From Myxococcota bacterium (GTDB lineage: Bacteria > Myxococcota_A > UBA796 > UBA2385), in assembly GCA_044344255.1 (NCBI GenBank), contig JBIJDH010000001.1, positions 128,001 to 192,000 of the forward strand: DNA of 64,000 bases. Direction: 5' to 3'. The translations under genes and the position numbers were made by a program. The notes beneath the pieces were generated by a model that did no database searches, was not told the DNA's origin, and saw only the letters and a list, made by a program, of their open reading frames with translations. Position 1 is the first letter of the stretch. Every line of letters begins with the position of its first letter. Below, in pieces: positions 48,322 through 57,037 of this stretch.

Positions 48322-51300
48322 TCACGGCGAATACAGGCCCGCCGCGCGGAGCTGCTCGATCAGAATGTCCGTGCGCCGCGGGAAGTAGTCGGTCATCAGG
48401 CGGTCATACTCGGCCTGCCACTCGACGTCGCGGCTGTAGGGGACGGCGCGGAAGGTGTCACCCCAGCGGGCCGACTCCCCGAGCAGGGCGCCGTGGATCT
48501 CGTCTGCCCTCGCGGCATATCGGGCGGCGGCGAGCTCTGGGCTGAGCGCCCCGCCGGGCCCGAGGTGGGCGTGGGCGCGCTCGGAGTAGCGGGCGCGGAA
48601 GTCCGCGTTGTCGCGGAGCCGGGTGTAGACGTGGGAGATCGAGCCCGAGACGTCGATCTCGAGGTTGGTGGTGTCGGCCGCATCCCAGAGGCTGTACTCC
48701 ATGTCCCAGACAAAGAAGCGGAACTGCTCTCCGCTCACCCGCCGCCGCAGCCCCCGCATGTTGTTGCTGGCGGCGCAGCAGGGGCCGTCGCGGTTGACGA
48801 CATACTGGTGGATCAGCATGTAGTCGATGAGGTCGTCGAGATCGAGCATCTCCTCGACGGCGGCGAGGCCGGCCGCCGTGCTCAGATCCGCCTCGGAGCG
48901 GGAGAGGAGCTCATTGTAAGCGTCGAGGGTGCCGTCCACGGCCTCGTTCGTCACCGTGCGCCGGTTGATGGCGTCGTACTCGTCGGCCTCTCCGCCCAGG
49001 TACTCGGCGCCGAAGTCGGCCTCGGGGCGCTCGACCGGGTTGTACAGGCCCCAATAGAGCCCGTTCAGATAGAGGTGCACGTAGGTGGCGTGCCCGTCGA
49101 GCTTGCCCATGTCCCGCGCCGTGTCACGGGCGAAGCTGTCGTGCAGATACTGGGCCTGCTCGGGGTCACGGAAGTCAAGCCAGGTCTTGCTGCCGCCGGC
49201 CCGCAGCACGATGCTGTCGAACCGTTCGACCGGCGAGTCCTCGAAGATGGGGTGCTCCAGCTTCGTGGGGCCATAGTCCGAGTTGAACTCGAGGCGCAGT
49301 GAGTGCTTGGGCGTGGTCGACGACGCCCGCCAGCCGTACCCGTGCACCCGCAGCCCGCAGTCCTCCTGAAAGAGCGTGGAGCCGTCGGGGAGGATCCACT
49401 CGACCGAGACCGCGCGCTCCCACTCGCCGCCGCGCTCGGTGCTGTTCTCATAGACCCCGGTGGGGCCGAAGAGCGAGCTCGCCTCGGTGACGATGGAGAG
49501 GGTCGGGATAGACCGCAGGCCCTCCTTCACGGCCTCGGGATCGAGGTCGACGACGTCGGGGTCCATCTCGTAATCGCCGGTCACCGGGCTGTCCCCCACG
49601 CCGTCCCAGACGGTCGGCCAGCCCGCAGGGGCCGCTGGCTGATGGATCACGTCCTCGAGGAACAAGTAGCTGTGGGTCGCGACCCCGCTCGGGGCGTAGC
49701 CCTCTCGGAGGGCGGCGGCGCGGAGGGTGGCCGTGGTGTCGATCTCCAGGGCTGCGATCGCCCGCTCCTCGGCGCCGCTCGGCGCCACGACGGTCCCGTT
49801 CGTCCAAGAGGGCGCGGAGCCGTCGGTGGTGTAGACCAGGGAGGCACCGGGTGTGGCGCTCTCGATCTGCACGGTCAGCGGCTCTTCATAGAAGCCGCGC
49901 GGCGGATCGAAGGATGGCTCAGCGGCGAAGCCGAGGACGCCTGTCCCGTTCGGCTCGCCGGGAGTGGGCGCCTCGAAGTAGGCGGGCCCGCCGGTCTCGA
50001 TCCACTCGAGGCTCAGGGTGGCGTCGAGCAGCAGGTCATCGGTGTCCGCGTTCTGGAGCTCGACGGCGATGACCCGCTCGCCCTCTGGGAAGAGGCGGGG
50101 ATCGAGGGACCAGCGCTCTTCCAAGAGGCCGTCATGTTCGGCCGTGGCCACCCCGTCGCCGGCCTGGAGCTCGAGCACAGAGACCCCGTCGATCCAGAGC
50201 CTCAGCCCGTCATCGTAGCGGAGCCGGAGCGAGACACGGGTGGGGAGCCCGACGACCGGCAGGCGGGCGCGGACATAGACCGGGGACGCCGGCACCTCGG
50301 TGTCGATCCACGCCGCATAGGGCGCCGCCGGCGCGCCGGTCACGACGACCTCACCGAGCGACATCCACTCGCTCCGGTAGCTGCTCACCGCGGTCTTCGA
50401 GACGCGCACCGCAGAGGCGACCACGTCGGGCTCGATCGCCACATCGAGCTGGGCCCCGGGATCGGGCGGGATGTCCCCCTCGGCGACCGGGTTCAGCACC
50501 GCGGAGGTCCAGACGACGGCGCCGTCGCCGTCGAGCGCGGTCACCACGACGTTGTAGAGGCGCTCGGGGCAACAGCCCACCCGATTGAAGAGGGTGATGT
50601 CCGACACGGTGGAGGGCCCCTCCAGGCTCACCTCCCACCAGGGGCTGAGGTCGCCATCCCCCGTGTGGGTAAAAGAGAGGGGATCGCCGTCGACCGCCTG
50701 AGCGCCCGTGTATCCGTATCCGTCCGAAGACTGGGCGGTGGGGCGCGCGAAGGCGAGGTTGACAGGGTCCCCCCCGCCGGCCACCGAGCCGTCGAAGCCG
50801 AGGGCCAGGGTGCCCTCGGTCCAGCCGAGATCGTCGTGGTCGGGGAGGGTCCAGCCGTCCTCGGGGCCAAGGGTGAAGCGCACCGCGTCGCCGCGATCGA
50901 GCGGGGTCTCGGCGGTGACGGTCTGGGACAGGCCGTAGGCGACGTCGCGGTCGAGGGCGGGCAGCGCGAGCATGGACACCAGGGCACCCTCCGCGTCGCG
51001 CAGGGTGAGCGTCTCTCCGCCAGAGTCAAGGCGAAAGGGGGCGTGGAGCTCACCCGCCGACCCACCCTCCCCCTTCCCGGAGGCGAAGACGAGCGGGAAG
51101 CTCCCCGCGGCGCGCTCGCCGGCCGGGAAGGTCAGGGTCGCCTCGCCGTCTCCGCGGAGGGTCCAGCCGCCGAGGTCGATGGGCTCGGGGCCGGGGACGA
51201 AGAGCTCGACCCAGTCGCTGTGATCGCCGTCCCCGTCGGTGAGCCCCTCGTCGTTGTCGCTCACCGCCTCGTTGAGGAGGACGAGGCCGCTCGGCCGCTC

Positions 51301-51513
51301 CACCCCGGTGTCATCGGCCGGCGGTGTGTCGGGCGCGTCGCTGTCGAGCGGTGAGGTGTCGGGGACCGGGCTGTCCTGGCCGGAGACCTTGCCCGGGCCC
51401 GACCCCGCGCCCCCGCACGCGACGAGGGCGCCCGTGAGCAGGGCGGTCCAGGCGAGGGCCCCAAGGCGGGGCGTCCCAGGTGAGATCCGATGTGAGAGGC
51501 GGGTGTCGGGCAT
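48322..51513 (-). CDS. CotH-kinase family lipoprotein with lamin-tail, F5/8C (fucolectin-like) and chitobiase/FN3-like domains
   Basis: Lipobox LVAC; NEAVSDN..DGDGDHSDWVELF; NLAFARPTAQSS..AVDG..HT..PWWEV..NR..CCPERL; KHSLRL; YWGLYNPVER; WDME. Confidence 0.85.
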   Translation of the reverse strand: MPDTRLSHRISPGTPRLGALAWTALLTGALVACGGAGSGPGKVSGQDSPVPDTSPLDSDAPDTPPADDTGVERPSGLVLLNEAVSDNDEGLTDGDGDHSDWVELFVPGPEPIDLGGWTLRGDGEATLTFPAGERAAGSFPLVFASGKGEGGSAGELHAPFRLDSGGETLTLRDAEGALVSMLALPALDRDVAYGLSQTVTAETPLDRGDAVRFTLGPEDGWTLPDHDDLGWTEGTLALGFDGSVAGGGDPVNLAFARPTAQSSDGYGYTGAQAVDGDPLSFTHTGDGDLSPWWEVSLEGPSTVSDITLFNRVGCCPERLYNVVVTALDGDGAVVWTSAVLNPVAEGDIPPDPGAQLDVAIEPDVVASAVRVSKTAVSSYRSEWMSLGEVVVTGAPAAPYAAWIDTEVPASPVYVRARLPVVGLPTRVSLRLRYDDGLRLWIDGVSVLELQAGDGVATAEHDGLLEERWSLDPRLFPEGERVIAVELQNADTDDLLLDATLSLEWIETGGPAYFEAPTPGEPNGTGVLGFAAEPSFDPPRGFYEEPLTVQIESATPGASLVYTTDGSAPSWTNGTVVAPSGAEERAIAALEIDTTATLRAAALREGYAPSGVATHSYLFLEDVIHQPAAPAGWPTVWDGVGDSPVTGDYEMDPDVVDLDPEAVKEGLRSIPTLSIVTEASSLFGPTGVYENSTERGGEWERAVSVEWILPDGSTLFQEDCGLRVHGYGWRASSTTPKHSLRLEFNSDYGPTKLEHPIFEDSPVERFDSIVLRAGGSKTWLDFRDPEQAQYLHDSFARDTARDMGKLDGHATYVHLYLNGLYWGLYNPVERPEADFGAEYLGGEADEYDAINRRTVTNEAVDGTLDAYNELLSRSEADLSTAAGLAAVEEMLDLDDLIDYMLIHQYVVNRDGPCCAASNNMRGLRRRVSGEQFRFFVWDMEYSLWDAADTTNLEIDVSGSISHVYTRLRDNADFRARYSERAHAHLGPGGALSPELAAARYAARADEIHGALLGESARWGDTFRAVPYSRDVEWQAEYDRLMTDYFPRRTDILIEQLRAAGLYSP

Positions 51514-51558
51514 GCGCTCGACTGTACTCGACAGGCGGAGCGCCGGCGCCCCGGCACC

Positions 51559-52416
51559 TCAACGTCGGCGGGTGAGCCGCGCCCGCACCGCCTCGTAGAG
51601 GGCCCGCTGGGCGGCCTCCCGCGCGTCGGTGGGGGTGAGGAGGGCCGCGACCGTGGCGGGCGGCTCGACCGGCGGGGCCGCCACTGGCGTTGGCGGCGCG
51701 GGCGTCGGCGTCACGGAGGCCGGCGGCGCGGGGGTCGCTCCGCCGAGGGCCAAGGCGAGGGGGCAGCGGGGATCGGCCTCCTCGCCGCGGCGGTAGCGTT
51801 GGAGCAGGGCCCGCGAGCGATCGGCGAGGGCCCGCCGCAGCTCCCGCCGGGCCCCCTTCACCTGCGGGACGTGGGTCTGGTCGTAGGCGGTGGTCTGATG
51901 TCGCATCCAGGCGATGACGGCGGCCTCGGCGCGCTCCTCGACGGGGATGCGCTCGGTGCGCGCGACCGTGCCGCTGCCGACCGGGGTGGCGAGGGCGGTC
52001 ACCCGGGCCGCGAGCTCAGCGGCGAGGTCAGAGTAGCGCGGATGAAAGCGAAGGAAGTGCAAGACCTCCGCCTCGAAGTCGAGCACGTACTCCGCCTGCT
52101 CCTGGGCCCGGCGCGCTCGGCCCTGGTCGAGGCGCCGCTGGTGGGCGGGGTCGGCCCGCTGGGCGACCACCGCCTCTCGGGCGCGGGCGATCTGGAGCGC
52201 GGGCGCCCAGAGGCCGCGGGAGAAGACCTTTCGCCCTCGTTTCTCCTCTACCGCCCAGGTGGGGCCGAGCCCCTTGACGGCGCGCGTGAGGCCCGCGTCG
52301 CCGGGCGGCAGGTGATCCCAGCCGGCGGGGACCTCGATCAGCAGGCCCTGCTCGTCGCGGAGCACACGGGGACGGGGTCCGGGAGACAGGCCTGCGCGGG
52401 TGACGTCGTCGCTCAT
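51559..52416 (-). CDS. DUF2293 domain protein
   Basis: LPPGDAGLTR, KVFSRGLWAP, ATPVGSGTVART, AVIAWMRHQTTAYD. Confidence 0.85.
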   Translation of the reverse strand: MSDDVTRAGLSPGPRPRVLRDEQGLLIEVPAGWDHLPPGDAGLTRAVKGLGPTWAVEEKRGRKVFSRGLWAPALQIARAREAVVAQRADPAHQRRLDQGRARRAQEQAEYVLDFEAEVLHFLRFHPRYSDLAAELAARVTALATPVGSGTVARTERIPVEERAEAAVIAWMRHQTTAYDQTHVPQVKGARRELRRALADRSRALLQRYRRGEEADPRCPLALALGGATPAPPASVTPTPAPPTPVAAPPVEPPATVAALLTPTDAREAAQRALYEAVRARLTRRR

Positions 52417-52567
52417 GCCTCGGCGCTAACCGATGCGGGCGGCGCCTTGCGACCCCGCCGCCGCTCCGCTATCCTACCCGTGACTCAACCAAGAGTTACG
52501 CCCCCGCCTCGAGGGACCCCCAGGGACCCCCCGGAACCTCAGGGGGCCCGACGGACCCGGAGCCCCG

Positions 52568-54637
52568 GTGAAGCCCACTTTGACGATGCCGCCGTCGATC
52601 TCGCTGCTGCTCCCAGCCCTCCTCGCCTGTGGCGCGCGCACCGAGGCGCCCGGCCCCACCCCCGAGGCGGACGGCCCCCCCACCTGCGACGCCGACGCGG
52701 CCCTGCCCGCGCAGCTCCGCCTGCTCACCCGCCGCGAGTACAACGCGACGGTGATCGACCTCTTCGGCTTCGTCGCGGCCTCGGGGCCCGAGCTCGAGGC
52801 CGCATCCTGCGATGACACCGCCGACTGCCTGCTCTCCACCTCGTCCCATGTCGAGGGCGCCTCCTGCGTGGAGGGCGCCTGCGCGCAGGATCCCTGCACC
52901 ACCGCCACCTTCGTCCTTCAGGGCTGGGAGAGCGCGAGCCGGGTGCACGTCGCCGGCAGCTTCAACGGCTGGCCCTCCACCATCGCCGCTGGGGGCCTCT
53001 CGCTCACCTGGGAGCCCAGCGCGGGCCTCTGGTGGGCCAAGGTGACGCTCGAGCCCGTTCGGTACGAGTACAAGTTCGTAGTGGACGAGTCTACCTGGCT
53101 CGCCGATCCCGCCAACCCCGACACCGCCGAGGACGGCTACGGCGGGCTCAACTCCGTCCTCACCCTCTCTTGCGACGGGGACACCGAGAGCGCCGAGGCC
53201 ACCGCCGAGCCCACCGGCTCGCTCGACTTCTCGGCCGGCTTCCCCGTCGAGAGCCGGCCCGAGGCCTTCCCCTTTGACGACCACGCCGCATCCGCGCTCG
53301 TCACCAGCGTCGCCGCCGAGGCGCAGCTCGACGCCGCCGAGGCCGTCGCCGCCCGGGCCCTCGCCGCCCCTTCGGCCTGGCTCTCCTGCGATCCCGACGA
53401 CGCCACCTGCCTCTCCACCTTCTTCGCCCTGGTGGCCCCGCGCGTCTTCCGCCGGCCCCTGAGCGAGGACGAGCAGGCCCGATACACCGCGCTCGCGGCG
53501 ATGGGCTCCGATCCGAGAGACGGCCTCTCCCTCGTGCTCACGGCGATGCTGGCGAGCCCGGCCTTCCTCTATCGGAGCGAGATCGGCAGCCCCGAGCCCG
53601 GCGAGCCCGGCGCCCAGCGCCTCGACGACTACGAGGTGGCCACCGCCCTCTCCTACGCGCTCATCGGCAGCACCCCTGACAACACGCTGCTCGCCGCTGC
53701 GGCCTCGGGCGCCCTCGCCGACCCCGCCGGGCGCGAGGCCGAGGCCGCCCGCCTGCTCGGCGCCGACGCCGCCCGCGCCCACGTCGGCGGCTTTGTCGTC
53801 CAGTGGCTGGGGGTCGAGGTGATGGAGACCGCCGCCAAGAGTGAGCCCCTCTACGGCGTCGTCACCGACTCGCTCCGCCAAGCGATGGTCGAGGAGGCGG
53901 CCGCCTTCGGCGCCGGGGTCATCCTGGACGGGAGCCACACCGTCTCCGAGCTCTACACCTCACAGCAGACCTACGCCAACGCCGAGCTCGGCGCCCTCTA
54001 TGGCCTGTCGCTGGAGGGCGACGACCTCCGCCCGGTCCACTGGCTCCCCGGCCAGCGGGCAGGCCTGCTGGGCCTCTCTGGCGTGCTCGCCAGCCTCGCC
54101 CACTCTGACCAGTCGGCCCCCGTCCAGCGCGGGGCCTGGGTGCGCCAGCGGCTGCTCTGTCAGGAGCTCCCCCCGCCGCCCGCCGACATCCCCACCACCC
54201 CCGAGGCCAGCGAGGGCGGCACCACCCGCGAGCGCTTCGAGCAGCACAGCCAGGACCCCGCCTGCTCCTCCTGCCACCAATACCTCGACCCCGTCGGCTT
54301 CGGCTTCGAGCACTTCGACGCGATGGGCGGCTGGCGCGACCAAGATGACGGGCGGCCCGTCGACGCATCGGGCGCCGTGCTCGACCTCGAGTGGCGCGGG
54401 GCCGGCACCACCGCCGCCTTTGACGGCGTGCCCGCCCTCGCCACCCTCCTCGCCGAGAGCCCCGCCGCGGAGCGCTGCGTGGTCACCCAGCTCTCCCGCT
54501 TCGCCTCCGGCGGAGAGACCGCAGACCTCTGCCTCGTCGACTCGGCCACGGCGGCCTATCGACAGACCGGCGACCTCCGGGAGGCCATCGCCCACTTCGT
54601 GACCGCGGACGCCTTCCTCCGCCGGGAGCTGCCATGA
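52568..54637 (+). CDS. DUF1587/1595/1592/1588-type CxxCH lipoprotein with an inserted CBM48-like module
   Basis: Lipobox LLAC; RLLTRREYNATV.DL; FRRPL; SPAFLYRSE; RAGLL..SAPVQRG; CSSCH; insert VAGSFNGW...YEYKFVVD..W.ADPANP..DGYGGLNS. Start is 52568 (GTG) or 52586 (ATG). Confidence 0.85.
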   Translation: MKPTLTMPPSISLLLPALLACGARTEAPGPTPEADGPPTCDADAALPAQLRLLTRREYNATVIDLFGFVAASGPELEAASCDDTADCLLSTSSHVEGASCVEGACAQDPCTTATFVLQGWESASRVHVAGSFNGWPSTIAAGGLSLTWEPSAGLWWAKVTLEPVRYEYKFVVDESTWLADPANPDTAEDGYGGLNSVLTLSCDGDTESAEATAEPTGSLDFSAGFPVESRPEAFPFDDHAASALVTSVAAEAQLDAAEAVAARALAAPSAWLSCDPDDATCLSTFFALVAPRVFRRPLSEDEQARYTALAAMGSDPRDGLSLVLTAMLASPAFLYRSEIGSPEPGEPGAQRLDDYEVATALSYALIGSTPDNTLLAAAASGALADPAGREAEAARLLGADAARAHVGGFVVQWLGVEVMETAAKSEPLYGVVTDSLRQAMVEEAAAFGAGVILDGSHTVSELYTSQQTYANAELGALYGLSLEGDDLRPVHWLPGQRAGLLGLSGVLASLAHSDQSAPVQRGAWVRQRLLCQELPPPPADIPTTPEASEGGTTRERFEQHSQDPACSSCHQYLDPVGFGFEHFDAMGGWRDQDDGRPVDASGAVLDLEWRGAGTTAAFDGVPALATLLAESPAAERCVVTQLSRFASGGETADLCLVDSATAAYRQTGDLREAIAHFVTADAFLRRELP

Positions 54638-56058
54638 GGACGCCACGCTGGCCCGCCCTCCGCCGGGGCTCACCCCTCCACCGCCCGAGCCGCCGCGGCC
54701 TCTTACAGGGTGTCGCCGCCGCCTGTGGGCTCAGCCTCGGAGGGGGGCTGCTCAGTCGCCCCGCGCGGGCCTCGTCGGGCGTCGCGCAGCGCATCATCTT
54801 CTTCTATGTGCCCGACGGGGTCCCCGCGGCCAGCGCCACCGGAGAGGCCTCTGCCTGGCACGCGAGCGGGAGTGAGTGGAGCTTCTCTCTGCCCACCTGC
54901 ACCGCTCCCCTGGAGTCCTTTCGGTCGCAGTGCCTGTTCATCAATGGCCTCTCGCTGGGCGGTACCGACGCCGGCAGCCACCCCGGCGGCGCCAAGAAGC
55001 TGCTGACGGCCGCCGACTACGGCAACAACGAGTCAATCGACCAGTACCTCGCCCGCACCGCCGGGGCCGCCTCTCCCTGGCGCCACCTCTATCTGGGCGT
55101 GCAGGCCAATTATGCGAGCTCCTCCTCCGACCAGCACATCTCCTATCCCGTCGCCGGCAGCTCCATCTCGCCCGAGGATGATCCCCGCGTCGCCTTCGAG
55201 GCCCTCTTCGGCGCCCCCTCCACCACCGACAGCGGTGGTGACAGCGGTGGTGACAGCGGCGCCCCCGTTGACCCCACCGCCGAGCGGCGGCGCCTCGTCA
55301 TCGACACGCTGCTCGGCGACCTCAACGAGCTCCAGGGCCGGCTCGGCGCGGTGGAGAAGGCCAAGCTCGACCTGCACAAGGAGTCCCTCTACGAGCTCGA
55401 GAACCGCCTCGGCGGCGCCGGGGCCGGCGAGCCGGTGGGCGACGGGGCGAGCTGCGCCGAGCCGGCGGTCGACATGAGCGGCGTCACCGACGATCTCTAC
55501 GCGCCCGAGCGCTTCCCCGCGCAGCTCAAGGCGCAGATCGACACGCTGGTGCTGGCGATGGAGTGCGGCCTCACCCGCACCGCCACCCTCCAGTGCAGCT
55601 ACCACACGAGCGAGCTCATCATGAGCCGCTTCGCGGGCACGGAGATGTACGATCCAAGCTACGACATGCGCAGCCACCAGGCCAGCCACTACGGCGACCG
55701 CCACGACGAGGGCCTGCGCGAGTACGCCGCCTTCGAGCAGCAGAGTCGCTGGTGGGTCGAGCAGCTCGTCTATCTCCTCGAGCAGCTCGACGCCCGCGCC
55801 GAGGGAGAGGGCACCATGCTCGACAACAGCCTCGTCGTCTTCTGCACCGAGGTCTGCGACGGCAACAACCACCTACACGACAACATGCCCTTCATCGTCG
55901 CCGGCGGCGGGGGCGGCCGGATTCGGGGCGGGCGGCTGCTCGACGTGGGCTACGCGCGCCACGGCGACCTCTACGTCGCCCTCGCCCAGGCGATGGGGGT
56001 CGACACCTGGTCCTTCGGCGACGCGAGCGCCGGCCCGCTGAGCGGCATCCTCGACTGA
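54634..56058 (+). CDS. DUF1552 family protein, Tat-exported
   Basis: SRRGLLQG Tat motif; IFFYVPDG; HPGG; SIDQYLA; HQASH; GTMLDNS; HLHDNMPF. Confidence 0.9.
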   Translation: MRTPRWPALRRGSPLHRPSRRGLLQGVAAACGLSLGGGLLSRPARASSGVAQRIIFFYVPDGVPAASATGEASAWHASGSEWSFSLPTCTAPLESFRSQCLFINGLSLGGTDAGSHPGGAKKLLTAADYGNNESIDQYLARTAGAASPWRHLYLGVQANYASSSSDQHISYPVAGSSISPEDDPRVAFEALFGAPSTTDSGGDSGGDSGAPVDPTAERRRLVIDTLLGDLNELQGRLGAVEKAKLDLHKESLYELENRLGGAGAGEPVGDGASCAEPAVDMSGVTDDLYAPERFPAQLKAQIDTLVLAMECGLTRTATLQCSYHTSELIMSRFAGTEMYDPSYDMRSHQASHYGDRHDEGLREYAAFEQQSRWWVEQLVYLLEQLDARAEGEGTMLDNSLVVFCTEVCDGNNHLHDNMPFIVAGGGGGRIRGGRLLDVGYARHGDLYVALAQAMGVDTWSFGDASAGPLSGILD

Positions 56059-56157
56059 GCGGATGAGGCAAAATCGGGGGCGCCGATGGCGTACCCGTCG
56101 CGGTGGGCGGAGCTCGTTCGGGGTCGCGATGATGTCACATATGGACGCTGTGGTATC

Positions 56158-56227
56158 ATCGGCGTTGCTGTATCGGCGTTGCTGTATCGGCGTTGCTGTA
56201 TCGGCGTTGCTGTATCGGCGTTGCTGT
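56158..56227 (+). repeat. Intergenic 14-bp perfect tandem repeat, (ATCGGCGTTGCTGT) x5
   Basis: Copies start at 56158, 56172, 56186, 56200 and 56214, with no spacers. Confidence 0.95.
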
Positions 56228-56252
56228 AATCGACGAACAATCAGGGTAGACT

Positions 56253-56810
56253 ATGCGGCGCTCGTTCATCGCTCTCTCGCTCCTCATCGGCTGTCCCTCT
56301 CCGCCGGAGGTCCCGAGCGCGGGCGCGCCGTCCGCCATGAGCTCGCCGGGCGGCAACGGCGCCCCGCCGGGAGACCTCTCCGCCATCATCACCGGCGAGA
56401 AGATCAAGTTGAGCGGCCAGGTGGAAGGAGCGCAGGCTGCTTACATCTCCGTGCTCGCTCCGGGAGCCACTCCGCAGGACATGCCCACCTTCCTCGCGAT
56501 GTTTTCGGTGACGGATGGCAAGTTCGCGATAGATGTGCCCGACACCTACGACAGGCCGCTGTATCTCACCGCCGTGTCAGATCTCACCGGCGACGGGCCC
56601 AGCGACGATGACCTCTCGGGGGTCTCAGATCCGATCAAGCCCACGGGGGAGGACCTCTCGATCACCATCAAGCTGACCACCGACCGGCGCTGGTCGGCCC
56701 GCATGCCCTGGCAGGCGCCCGGTGAGCCTTCGCCCGTTGTGGGCTCGACGCCAACCGACGGCCCCCCTGACGGCGCGCCGAGGGTGGGCGCCTCCGCCCC
56801 TCTCAAGTAG
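56253..56810 (+). CDS. Hypothetical lipoprotein (beta-sandwich-like)
   Basis: MRRSFIALSLLIGC lipobox; DLTGDGPSDDD is a possible Ca-binding loop. Confidence 0.75.
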   Translation: MRRSFIALSLLIGCPSPPEVPSAGAPSAMSSPGGNGAPPGDLSAIITGEKIKLSGQVEGAQAAYISVLAPGATPQDMPTFLAMFSVTDGKFAIDVPDTYDRPLYLTAVSDLTGDGPSDDDLSGVSDPIKPTGEDLSITIKLTTDRRWSARMPWQAPGEPSPVVGSTPTDGPPDGAPRVGASAPLK

Positions 56811-56890
56811 GTGGGCGTGTCGCCGGCGGGCCATGGGCGTCTTTCAACCGTGGCTGGATCCGCCGCCATGCTCGACCGACCCCGTCCCTG

Positions 56891-56899
56891 TGATAAGAT
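56891..56899 (+). promoter_or_regulatory. Extended -10 element (TG-A-TAAGAT) 6 nt before the microprotein ATG
   Basis: Sequence TGATAAGAT-ACGCGG-ATG, with no clear SD. Confidence 0.55.
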
Positions 56900-56905
56900 A
56901 CGCGG

Positions 56906-57037
56906 ATGAGCTCGCTCCGTCGTGAGGCAATGTGGTGGATCGGCGGCGCCCTCGTCCTGGCGCTGCTAATCGCAGGGATCGCAGCCTTGCTCCTACCCTC
57001 CCTCGACGCCCTCTCTTTTCGTTACGCGGTGCTCTGA
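56906..57037 (+). CDS. 43-aa single-TM microprotein, DUF5989/DltX-like (C-terminal FRYAVL)
   Basis: MSSLRREAMWWIGGALVLALLIAGIAALLLPSLDALSFRYAVL*: basic residues plus WW, one TM helix, aromatic Tyr hexapeptide. Its stop abuts the GTG of the SGNH gene. Too short for the ORF track. Confidence 0.75.
   Translation: MSSLRREAMWWIGGALVLALLIAGIAALLLPSLDALSFRYAVL

Noticed and set aside
52470..52567. Operator or structured leader before the DUF1592 gene (GTGACTC-N6-GAGTTAC, GGGACCCC repeats)
   Set aside because: A single imperfect palindrome with no second copy or nearby regulator; it cannot be told from chance.
56158..56227. CRISPR array
   Set aside because: The 14-bp units are directly adjacent with no spacers, and there are no cas genes; it is a simple tandem repeat.
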